From NCBI GenBank assembly GCA_016522385.1, contig JAEKFU010000064.1, positions 1 through 35,809 on the forward strand: a DNA stretch of 35,809 nucleotides. Reading direction: 5' to 3'. This document shows, in pieces, positions 24,671 through 34,728 of the stretch. The translations under genes and the position numbers were made by a program. Within the stretch, counting starts at the first letter, position 1, and each line of letters begins with the position of its first letter. Below the pieces are notes generated by a model, which did no database searches, was not told the origin of the DNA, and was given only the letters and a program-made list of their open reading frames with translations. The stretch is from Pseudomonadota bacterium. GTDB taxonomy: Bacteria; Pseudomonadota; Alphaproteobacteria; Rhizobiales; Aestuariivirgaceae.

Positions 24671-26739
24671 TGAGTTGCTTCCGGCGTGGCCTCTTCATTG
24701 CCGCCACCGAGCAGGTTGTTCAACAACGAGCCCCCCTGTTTCTTCAGCGACTCCGTGGCGTCCTGACCGAGTAATTCGTTCGCCTTTTTCTCCACCTTGT
24801 TCAGGGCTTTCGAATTGAGTTTCTTTTTGAGGGTGTCGGCACCGTTTTCCAGATCGAGCCCCCCGCCGGCCTTTGTCAGTTTTGCCAGCGCGTTGAAGGC
24901 GGCTTCCGGATTCTCCAGGATGCCCTCGATGTCGGGATAGATCTTCGGATTGTTCCATGGCCCCCTGATGATGATCGGAACGGCGATGCCTGATAACTCT
25001 TCTGCGCCGCCTTGGCCCTGCAGACTGGCGACAAGCTTCGGGCGGGTCTTGTAGTCGAGTGCCCGGCGCAGCAGGTCAACCTCGCCGATCCCGGTGATGC
25101 GCACCAGCGGGCCGAGCAGTTTGAGATCGCGGTTTTCGGCAATGCCGTCCTTGATGGCAAAAGAAGCCTCCAGCAAGGAGAAATCGGTTTTCTCGTCTGG
25201 ACCGGTATCCCAACCGCCGAGAATGTTGTTCTGCACGTTGCGGATCATCCGCGCCACATTGAGACCGCGTAACGCACCATCGGTGAATTGAAATTTCCCG
25301 GTGCCGCGCAGCGTCGAGATCATCTCCCGCTGGCTTTGGCCGGTTGCGGCAACCAACAGATTGATCCCAGCGACCCCGCTGATCCGCTCTAGCCTGGCGA
25401 AATCGGCCAGTATACGATAGCCATCGATCCCTGTTGAATTGAGACTGCCCTGCACCGTCGGTTTGGTGCGCGTGCCATCGAGCACCAATTTGCCGTTGGC
25501 CTTGCCATCGTAGAAATTCATTTCTTTGAGCGTTGCGGTCAGCACTCCGTTCTTTAGCGTCGCCAGCACATCGGTCCGGCCGATCTCAACATCACCATAA
25601 TGAATCTGCGAAACCGCCAGATTGAGATTGGCATCGAGCGCTTTGAGACCGGTAAATGAGATCGGTTGATCGCTCCAGTCGTCTCTTGGAGCGTCGCCTT
25701 TCGAATTGCCGTCAGCGGGTAATGCATAAATGTTGGCATCTATCTTGTCGGCCCCCAGATTGGCCGTCACCTGCGGGCGCGCACCGCCGAGTGCGACAGC
25801 GATATTGCCGCGTGCATTCATGCCGTCCAGAGACAATCTCGCCTGGCTGAGCTTGATTGTATTGCCCTCAAGATCAAGTGCCCCTTCGACTGAGAAAGCT
25901 TCCAGTCCATTTCCCGGCTCAAGGGTATTGCCGCTCCATCGGGCCAATTTGCGGAGCGATGAAGTCTTCATATCGATTTTGCCTGCCAGGCCAAATCCAT
26001 CGCGCAGAACGCCGCGGCCATTGAAAATAAACTCTATCAGCCGTCCGGTAACCGAAACATCGATCGGCGAGCCCTCCGCTCCCAGGCGCGTCGGGCTCTT
26101 GGCAAAGAGCGTCAGATTGACCCGCTCGCGGTTCCAGACCAGCGACCCCTTTGTCTGCAATGGGCTGTCCAGGCTTGGCATCGAGACCGTGAGATTGACC
26201 CCCTTGGCCTCGAAGACCGAGCCGCTGCGCTCGTCGAGAAACTTGATGTCGCCATCTTCGATGACGATCGGCGCGACTGAAATCTCATCAACATACTCGC
26301 CGGTGCCGGTTGTCCCGCTTGAACCGGACGATCCAACATTGCCGCCGCCGGCTTTGTCAAACACCCAGTTGCCGTGGCCCTGTTGGTCGACCAGCAGATT
26401 GAGCCGTGGCCGCACTAGGGTGATTTCACTGATCTTCACCTCACGTGACAGAAGCGCGGCAGCGGCCACCCGCACGCGCAAAGTGTTCATCTGGGCAACG
26501 TTGCCTTCGAACATGCCCGGCGGATTGGACAGGGAAACGCCCTTGAGCTCGACGGCCAGTTCAGGCCAGTAGGTCAGCCTCGGCACACCGGTGATCTCCA
26601 GGGTTCTGCCGGTTGCCTTCTTGACCGCCGCCTGCATCTGTTCACCAACGAATTCCGGTGTGATCAGCAGCGGCACCGCCGCCAGTCCAGCGCCGATCAG
26701 AAAGATCACTGCGCCAAAGATGATCAATAACCGCTTCAC
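24667..26739 (-). CDS. AsmA family protein (envelope / outer-membrane biogenesis)
   Basis: A roughly 690-aa ORF with an N-terminal anchor (KRLLIIFGAVIFLIGAGLAAVPLLI) and a long beta-rich body typical of AsmA. The track start is TTG 26763. I prefer GTG 26739, which is preceded by GAGGA at 7-nt spacing. The stop overlaps the moaE ATG (ATGA). Confidence 0.85.
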   Translation of the reverse strand: MKRLLIIFGAVIFLIGAGLAAVPLLITPEFVGEQMQAAVKKATGRTLEITGVPRLTYWPELAVELKGVSLSNPPGMFEGNVAQMNTLRVRVAAAALLSREVKISEITLVRPRLNLLVDQQGHGNWVFDKAGGGNVGSSGSSGTTGTGEYVDEISVAPIVIEDGDIKFLDERSGSVFEAKGVNLTVSMPSLDSPLQTKGSLVWNRERVNLTLFAKSPTRLGAEGSPIDVSVTGRLIEFIFNGRGVLRDGFGLAGKIDMKTSSLRKLARWSGNTLEPGNGLEAFSVEGALDLEGNTIKLSQARLSLDGMNARGNIAVALGGARPQVTANLGADKIDANIYALPADGNSKGDAPRDDWSDQPISFTGLKALDANLNLAVSQIHYGDVEIGRTDVLATLKNGVLTATLKEMNFYDGKANGKLVLDGTRTKPTVQGSLNSTGIDGYRILADFARLERISGVAGINLLVAATGQSQREMISTLRGTGKFQFTDGALRGLNVARMIRNVQNNILGGWDTGPDEKTDFSLLEASFAIKDGIAENRDLKLLGPLVRITGIGEVDLLRRALDYKTRPKLVASLQGQGGAEELSGIAVPIIIRGPWNNPKIYPDIEGILENPEAAFNALAKLTKAGGGLDLENGADTLKKKLNSKALNKVEKKANELLGQDATESLKKQGGSLLNNLLGGGNEEATPEATQ

Positions 26740-26864
26740 AGCAAAATCCTCATCGCCTTTCAACTCGAATCACACTCTAGCATATCGACCGTTCCGCCCT
26801 TGGGCATGGCGGCTTCTTTAGCTAAGGTGCCAATTTCTGAAACCACCAACGGAATCGATAATTC

Positions 26865-28820
<1,956 letters not shown>

Positions 28821-28825
28821 CCGGT

Positions 28826-30562
28826 TCAAATCTGCCCAATCTGTCCGGGCCCGATACGTAGCGAAACGCGCCGGCGTTTGCGGCCGCGCATGGTCCGCGA
28901 CAGGATAATGACGGGGATAATGCCGGAGGCAACGATCGTCAGGGCCGCCAGGGCGCTGTCTTCAAGCTGGTCGAGCGAGGCCAACGTATAGACCATGGTC
29001 GACAGGGTTTCGAAGTTGAACGGCCGCAAGATCAACGTGGCCGGCAGTTCCTTCATGCAATCGACAAACACCAGCAGCGCTGCTGACATCAGGGCCGGCC
29101 GTATCAAGGGCAAATGGACGTCTTTCAGCGCCCCAGTCGGTGATCGTCCGAGGGTGCGCGCCGCTGCAGCAAGGCTTGGTGTCACCCGCTGCAGACCAGT
29201 TTCAAGATTGCCGTGCGAAATCGCCAGGAACCGCACGACATACCCGAATGTTATTGCGGCAATGCTGCCGGACAGAATGAGGCCCGTTGAGATACCGAAT
29301 GTTTCCTGGGCAAACCTCGACAGTGCGTTGTCGGTTGCGGTCAGTGGTACCAGAATACCAATGCCGAGGACCGTTCCGGGTACCGCATAGCCGACGCTTG
29401 CCATGCGCACCGCCATCCGTACCATTGCATTGCCTGCCAACCGGTTGGCATAGGCTAGAAAAAGTCCGGCCAGCACTGCAATCGCCGCGGCAATGCCGGC
29501 AAGCGTTAAGGTATTGAGGACGGCGTGGCTGAATTCCGGTGTTGCTGCATCGGCGAACCGGGTGACCGCAAAAGACGTAAGCACGCCACCTGGAATGAAA
29601 AACCCCAGTGTGACCGGCAATAGGCAGAACACTGTCGCAGCCCAGCCGCGCCAGCCGACAAGTCGCGTTCGGCTCAGCGGATGTTCATGTGTCGTGGTGT
29701 GATAAAACGACTGATTCTTGCGGCCCGTTCGCTCCAACCACAATAGCGCAATCACGAATACGAACATCACAAGCGCAATTTGCGCTGCCCCACCAAGATT
29801 GCCGCGGCCGAGCCATGTTGAGTAGATGCCCAAGGTCAAAGTGCGCACACCGAAATGTTCGACCGCACCGATATCATTGAGACACTCCATCATCGCCAGG
29901 CTGACGCCGACGGCGATTGCCGGGCGGGCAAGAGGGAGCGCGACGGTGAAGAACACGCCCGCTGGTGTCCGCCCGAGCGTGCGCGCGACCTCTAGATGGC
30001 ACACGGACTGGCGCATGAAACTGGCTCGCGCGGTGATGAACACGTAAGGATAGAGCACCAGCGACATGACAAAGATTGCGCCACCCAAAGATCGGATGTC
30101 GGGAAACCAGTAGTCGGTCTTCGATCGCCAACCGGCAATTTCACGAATCGCGGTTTGAAACGGACCGGCATACTCGAACACATCGACATAGGTATAAGCG
30201 ATGATGTAGGTCGGCATCGCCAGCGGCAGCAGCAGCAGCCATTGCATCACTTTGCGGCCAGGAAACCGGTACATGGTAATTAACCAGCCCGCGGACGTGC
30301 CCATAAGGAACGTCAGCGCACCTACACCGGTCATCAGCAGCGCCGTCTGTAGCAGATAATCCGGAAGGACTGTTGCAACCAAGTGTGGCCAGATGTTTTC
30401 CGACGGCGCCAGCGCCAGGAAAGTAATCGCGGCGATCGGCAGCAGCAGCAATGAGCTGACAAGTAGTGCCCCGGCCCGCCACCAGACATCGGGATCCTTG
30501 CGGACAAAAGTTGCAATATCTGTCATATCAGGCAGCGCAAGTTCTTGGTCTGATTCCTGCAC
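28826..30562 (-). CDS. two-domain ABC transporter permease (FbpB / iron(III)- or thiamine-type)
   Basis: 578-aa polytopic ORF with two EAA-loop-like repeats (LEVARTLGRTPAGVFFTVALPLARPAI and AAARTLGRSPTGALKDVHLPLIRPAL), i.e. a fused double permease. The start is uncertain (GTG 30562 or ATG 30526). Confidence 0.85.
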   Translation of the reverse strand: MQESDQELALPDMTDIATFVRKDPDVWWRAGALLVSSLLLLPIAAITFLALAPSENIWPHLVATVLPDYLLQTALLMTGVGALTFLMGTSAGWLITMYRFPGRKVMQWLLLLPLAMPTYIIAYTYVDVFEYAGPFQTAIREIAGWRSKTDYWFPDIRSLGGAIFVMSLVLYPYVFITARASFMRQSVCHLEVARTLGRTPAGVFFTVALPLARPAIAVGVSLAMMECLNDIGAVEHFGVRTLTLGIYSTWLGRGNLGGAAQIALVMFVFVIALLWLERTGRKNQSFYHTTTHEHPLSRTRLVGWRGWAATVFCLLPVTLGFFIPGGVLTSFAVTRFADAATPEFSHAVLNTLTLAGIAAAIAVLAGLFLAYANRLAGNAMVRMAVRMASVGYAVPGTVLGIGILVPLTATDNALSRFAQETFGISTGLILSGSIAAITFGYVVRFLAISHGNLETGLQRVTPSLAAAARTLGRSPTGALKDVHLPLIRPALMSAALLVFVDCMKELPATLILRPFNFETLSTMVYTLASLDQLEDSALAALTIVASGIIPVIILSRTMRGRKRRRVSLRIGPGQIGQI

Positions 30563-30590
30563 CGGTCATAGGAATGCAGCGCAAATAACA

Positions 30591-33140
30591 TCAATCGGCG
30601 AGAACCCGGGTGGTTGGAAACGTGATTTCAACCAGGGTTCCCTTCTTGCGTTCGCTGGAGATCTTAAACTGTGCTCGGTTCGCTTCTGTGAGCGCCCGGG
30701 TCAACGGTAGTCCCAGCCCTGTCCCCAGACGCTCCACGCGGTCGGGAACTTCGATGCGCCGAAACGGCTGCATCGCGGACTCAAGTTCTGACTGGCTCAT
30801 GCCAATGCCGGTGTCCTTGATTTTCAGCTTCAGCTCGCCAGATTTGCTGACGTTTGCCGAGACAATCGTCTGTCCGCCCGGATCGGTGAACTTGATGGCA
30901 TTGGACAGCAGATTGAGCAGGATTTGTTTGATCGACCGCAAGTCGGCAACCACATTTGGCAAATCTGGCGGCAGCGATTTTCGCAAGACTACCCGCGCCG
31001 ACGTCGCCAGTTCCTGCATGATGTCAAAACAATCGTCACAAACGGCGCGCAAGTCGACGCTGGTGAAATTGAGCTCCAGCTTGCCGGCTTCTATTTTTGA
31101 CAGATCAAGCAGATCGTTGATCAGCGACAGTAGGTGATGGCCACTCTTGTGAATATCGTTGGCGTAACCAAGATACTTCTCATTCGCGATTTCACCGAAC
31201 CGCTCAGAACGCATGACATCGGAAAAGCCCAATATGGCGTTGAGCGGCGTGCGCAATTCATGACTGATACGGGCCAGAAATTCCGATTTTTGGGCACTCG
31301 ACAACTCCGCTGCTTCCTTGTCGTGCCGCAACTGCGCCTCGGTTTTCTTCCATTGCGTGATATCGCGTAGCACGGCGCAATACACCGTACCCCCCGCGCT
31401 GCCAATCCGGGCAATCGTCATGAACAACGCGATTTCGCCGCCCTGGCTCACAACGCCAGTCACTTCGCGCCCATCATTGAATACAGATGCAATCCCGCCA
31501 TCCGTTAGGGCAGCAAGGTAGTCTTTCAGGGTTGCCCGGCTGTCCTTGGCAAGTAAGTCGGCAAATGGTTTGCCGGCCACCTCCGCCAACCGGTACCCGA
31601 ACAGGGCTTCGGCGCCGGCGCTAAGATTCAAGATTGCACCGCGATTGTCCATTGTGACGATGCCGTCGGTCGCCGTATCGATTATCGCCTGCAATTCAGG
31701 GTCGTTCTGACCTTCCGATGGTAGCGCAGGAGTACGCTCTTTATCACCGGGCCGCATTGGCGCTGACGTTTCATCAAGTCTGGACGAACGCGTCCTTTCG
31801 CGCGTCGGCGGCAACGGTGGTGGCCGCGAATCTGGCGGCCGCCCGGATGCCACTTCGGTTGCCGGGCGTTCGGATCCGGCAGGAGTGCAGGTCACCGGGC
31901 GTAGGGTCGACTGGACAAGCGGTCCATCATGCCATGGAAATTTTCCTGTGGAAACGTCGACATTCTTGGTGGCGCCTTCGGCGTCGGCAATGCTGAGGCT
32001 GGTCCTGCTGCCCGCTGGCTGTTGCAGCTGATCGAACAGATCAAGTCGCGCGGCCAGCGCCGTGGGTTGTTTGTATCCGAGCAAGTTCATGGCCGCACGA
32101 TTGGCAAAATAGAACGTGTGGTCGCGGTGCAGGATAATTGCATCATCGAGCCGGTTGAGCGTCTTGCTGACCAGTTCCGGTACAGCCGGCAGTGCATCGG
32201 TTTCTGGTTCGGGTTCTCTGTTTCTTGTTGCGGGTGCATCATTTGCGCCAATCTCCTTAGAGATGGCCTGCGATATGGCGGCAAGTTGCTTGCCGGTATC
32301 TTGCGGTTCACTGGAACGTGGTTCCCGTTGGAGCGGCTCGGGCTTTTCTGGCGCTGCGACCTTGGAGACTTCGGTGCCGCTTTGTGGGTCAATGACAGGA
32401 ACCGGTGAGGTTTGAGCTTCACTCAACGCACGCTCCAATGCTCGCCGGTCGGTGACGTCCTCCAACATGAGCAACACATTAATGCTGTCCGGGTGCGCTT
32501 CACTTTCAAGCAGTCGGGCGGTTATCCGCAGTTCGCGATCGCCATAATTGGTCGGCACCTGGCGCAGTACGCTTATAGTGCGTGCCGCCATGACATGCTC
32601 AACGAGCGAAGCAGCCTCTTCCGGTGAGGCGAACAGGCCGTCCAGACCGTTCAGGTTGGTCCGTGGAATCATTTCACCGGCAGCAGTATTCCAGAAAACG
32701 ATCTGGCCTGCATCGCCGGCAACGACGATGGCGATTGGCATGGCGCCGAGAATTTCGGTCATCAATCCCGGATCAGCTGCATCGCCGATTTGATGGATGC
32801 GATCCGACACTACCAACAGCCCGGCGCGCCCGTCCGGCAAAGAATGAATCGAACACAAGCATGCTATAGATAGAAGCTTACCGCTTGCCGAAGAGAAATT
32901 GAGCTGAGCGCTCGTTTGCTCACCCGGCGGCAGAGAGCCGATAAGTTCGGCAATCAGTACAATATCAGGATCGCGCGTGTCGAAGGGCCGGTCAATCAGA
33001 TCAAATAATGTGTCGCCGCCAAGCGCCGCAATTCCAGCCGAGTTAGCCCACACGATGCGCCCACGCATACCGTCCCAAAGCCACGCCGGCCGATCCTCGG
33101 CCTGCAACTGATCCAACGATGGAGTGGCCGACTGCGCCAA
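30591..33140 (-). CDS. soluble multi-PAS sensor histidine kinase (PleC/DivJ/PdhS-like HisKA + HATPase_c, no receiver domain)
   Basis: 849-aa ORF with TTG start 33140, preceded by AGGAGG at 5-nt spacing. The H-box is FLARISHELRTPLNAILGFSDV, followed by ...EKYLGYANDIHKSGHHLLSLINDLLDLSKIEAGK, N-box LLNLLSNAIKFT and G-boxes DTGIGM / GTGLGL. Several PAS-like segments are present and there is no N-terminal TM. Confidence 0.9.
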   Translation of the reverse strand: MAQSATPSLDQLQAEDRPAWLWDGMRGRIVWANSAGIAALGGDTLFDLIDRPFDTRDPDIVLIAELIGSLPPGEQTSAQLNFSSASGKLLSIACLCSIHSLPDGRAGLLVVSDRIHQIGDAADPGLMTEILGAMPIAIVVAGDAGQIVFWNTAAGEMIPRTNLNGLDGLFASPEEAASLVEHVMAARTISVLRQVPTNYGDRELRITARLLESEAHPDSINVLLMLEDVTDRRALERALSEAQTSPVPVIDPQSGTEVSKVAAPEKPEPLQREPRSSEPQDTGKQLAAISQAISKEIGANDAPATRNREPEPETDALPAVPELVSKTLNRLDDAIILHRDHTFYFANRAAMNLLGYKQPTALAARLDLFDQLQQPAGSRTSLSIADAEGATKNVDVSTGKFPWHDGPLVQSTLRPVTCTPAGSERPATEVASGRPPDSRPPPLPPTRERTRSSRLDETSAPMRPGDKERTPALPSEGQNDPELQAIIDTATDGIVTMDNRGAILNLSAGAEALFGYRLAEVAGKPFADLLAKDSRATLKDYLAALTDGGIASVFNDGREVTGVVSQGGEIALFMTIARIGSAGGTVYCAVLRDITQWKKTEAQLRHDKEAAELSSAQKSEFLARISHELRTPLNAILGFSDVMRSERFGEIANEKYLGYANDIHKSGHHLLSLINDLLDLSKIEAGKLELNFTSVDLRAVCDDCFDIMQELATSARVVLRKSLPPDLPNVVADLRSIKQILLNLLSNAIKFTDPGGQTIVSANVSKSGELKLKIKDTGIGMSQSELESAMQPFRRIEVPDRVERLGTGLGLPLTRALTEANRAQFKISSERKKGTLVEITFPTTRVLAD

Positions 33141-33363
33141 CTAACCCTCCTGACCGGCAGAAAACTCTACCGGTCTGACCCCCCGCAAATCCACCGCATG
33201 GCCCGACTAGGTGGCGCTTTGCGAGTCAACTCTAGAACCGCACAAACTCGAATCAAAAATAGACAAATTTGAGCTGTTGCGTCCACTGTTTATTAATTTC
33301 ACTACAGCTGCGTAGCGATAATTGGACCGGATGACGTAGGGGGAGCGTGCCGCAATATCCGCT

Positions 33364-33392
33364 CTTGAAAAGCGCCGGGCTTAGGCCTAGTT
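33364..33392 (+). promoter_or_regulatory. candidate sigma70-type promoter for tRNA-His
   Basis: The layout CTTGAA-N17-CTAGTT resembles the rhizobial CTTGAC-N17-CTATAT consensus. It would put a transcription start about 7 nt upstream of the tRNA 5' end. This is a pattern match only. Confidence 0.25.
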
Positions 33393-33406
33393 TGCCGGCG
33401 ATTGGA

Positions 33407-33483
33407 GCCGCCTTAGCTCAGTTGGTTAGAGCGCTGGATTGTGGATCCAGAGGTCCCCTGTTCGAGCCAGGGAGGCGGTACCA
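33407..33483 (+). tRNA. tRNA-His (anticodon GUG), no encoded G-1
   Basis: A 77-nt cloverleaf can be folded. The acceptor stem is GCCGCCU/AGGCGGU (G1:U72), the D arm GCUC-AGUUGGUUA-GAGC, the anticodon arm CUGGA-UUGUGGA-UCCAG, the variable loop AGGUC and the T arm CCCUG-UUCGAGC-CAGGG. Discriminator A73 and CCA are encoded. Position -1 is A. Confidence 0.95.
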
Positions 33484-33576
33484 TTGCTCCTGGAAATAAA
33501 ACTGGTTTGCCAATCACTTATTTTCATCTTAGACTTTCCCGGTCGACTTAGTTGAGTCCCAGGGAGGTAAGCTAGT

Positions 33577-34542
33577 ATGAAGAAGTTGATCATTGGCGCT
33601 ATCGCCAGTGCTGGTTTGTTTGCAGTCACAATTGCGGGCGCTGCCGCTCAGCAAAAATTCATTTCCATCGGTACAGGTGGTGTAACTGGTGTATATTATC
33701 CGACCGGCGGCGCCATCTGCCGATTGGTCAATAAGGGCCGCAAGGATCACGGCATTCGCTGTTCGGCGGAGTCAACCGGTGGCTCGATCTATAACATCAA
33801 CACCATCAAGGCCGGTGAGCTGGAATTCGGCGTTGCTCAATCCGATTGGCAGTATCATGCCTTTCACGGTACGTCCAAATTCGAGGAAAGTGGCAAGTTC
33901 GAAAAACTTCGTGCGGTGTTTTCCGTGCATCCCGAGCCAGTCACGATCATTGCCCATGACGATTCGGGCATCAAGAATGTCACCGATTTGAAGGGCAAGC
34001 GGGTCAACATCGGCAATCCCGGTTCCGGCACTCGTGGCACCTGGGAGGTCATGGAAGGTGCCTTGGGTTGGCAGCGTACTGATCTCAAGCTCGCCGCCGA
34101 AATGAAGTCGGCCGAAACCGGCGCAGCGGTATGTGATGGCAAGATCGATGCCTATTTCTGGCTGGTTGGCCATCCATCAGCATTGACGCAGGAATCGCTG
34201 GCGTCTTGTGCGGCGCATCTGGTTCACGCCACTGGGCCGGAAATCGACAAGCTCGTCGCTGATAAGCCTTATTACCGGACGGCGACCATTCCGGCCGGCA
34301 TGTACAACAACAAGGAAGACATCAACACCTTCGGCGTCGGCGCGACATTCGTCACCAGTGCCGATGTGCCTGAAGATGTCGTCTATGTTGTCGTCAAGGC
34401 TGTATTTGAGAACTTCGATCAATTCAAAAAACTTCACCCGGCCTTTGCCAATCTGAAGCCTGAAGAAATGGTCAAGGACTCACTGTCGGCCCCGCTTCAT
34501 GACGGCGCGGCGAAGTACTATAAGGAAAAAGGCTGGATGTAA
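33577..34542 (+). CDS. TAXI-family TRAP transporter solute-binding protein
   Basis: 321-aa ORF with GGGAGG upstream and a signal peptide ([24 protein letters not shown]). TAXI hallmarks are present: [35 protein letters not shown] and HPSALTQE. Confidence 0.9.
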   Translation: MKKLIIGAIASAGLFAVTIAGAAAQQKFISIGTGGVTGVYYPTGGAICRLVNKGRKDHGIRCSAESTGGSIYNINTIKAGELEFGVAQSDWQYHAFHGTSKFEESGKFEKLRAVFSVHPEPVTIIAHDDSGIKNVTDLKGKRVNIGNPGSGTRGTWEVMEGALGWQRTDLKLAAEMKSAETGAAVCDGKIDAYFWLVGHPSALTQESLASCAAHLVHATGPEIDKLVADKPYYRTATIPAGMYNNKEDINTFGVGATFVTSADVPEDVVYVVVKAVFENFDQFKKLHPAFANLKPEEMVKDSLSAPLHDGAAKYYKEKGWM

Positions 34543-34560
34543 TCCAGATTGGTGCAGTGC

Positions 34561-34591
34561 GGCGTGATCGGCCAATGTTGCCGGTCACGCC
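34561..34591 (+). promoter_or_regulatory. strong intercistronic stem-loop between the TRAP binding-protein and permease genes
   Basis: GGCGUGAUCGGC-CAAUGUU-GCCGGUCACGCC forms 12 bp (one G:U) with a 7-nt loop. It begins 19 nt after the binding-protein TAA and is followed only by GGCUUUG, so it lacks a canonical U-tract. Confidence 0.45.
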
Positions 34592-34728
34592 GGCTTTGAT
34601 GAAATCGCCGGATCGTTTGCGGAATCCGATTAGCGATAGAGGTAGCTGCAAAGCAGGGTCATGCGGCCGACCGGACTTTGCCGACCAGCCAGCCGCGACC
34701 CGGCAACGTTGCAAGGGGAGGGGTAGCC

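Noticed and set aside
33223-33254. Two GANTC (CcrM) sites (GAGTC at 33223, GAATC at 33250) and a TTAA-containing stretch upstream of the cell-cycle-type kinase, considered as cell-cycle control sites.
   Set aside because: About one GANTC is expected by chance in a 266-nt spacer. No full CtrA box (TTAA-N7-TTAA) is present.
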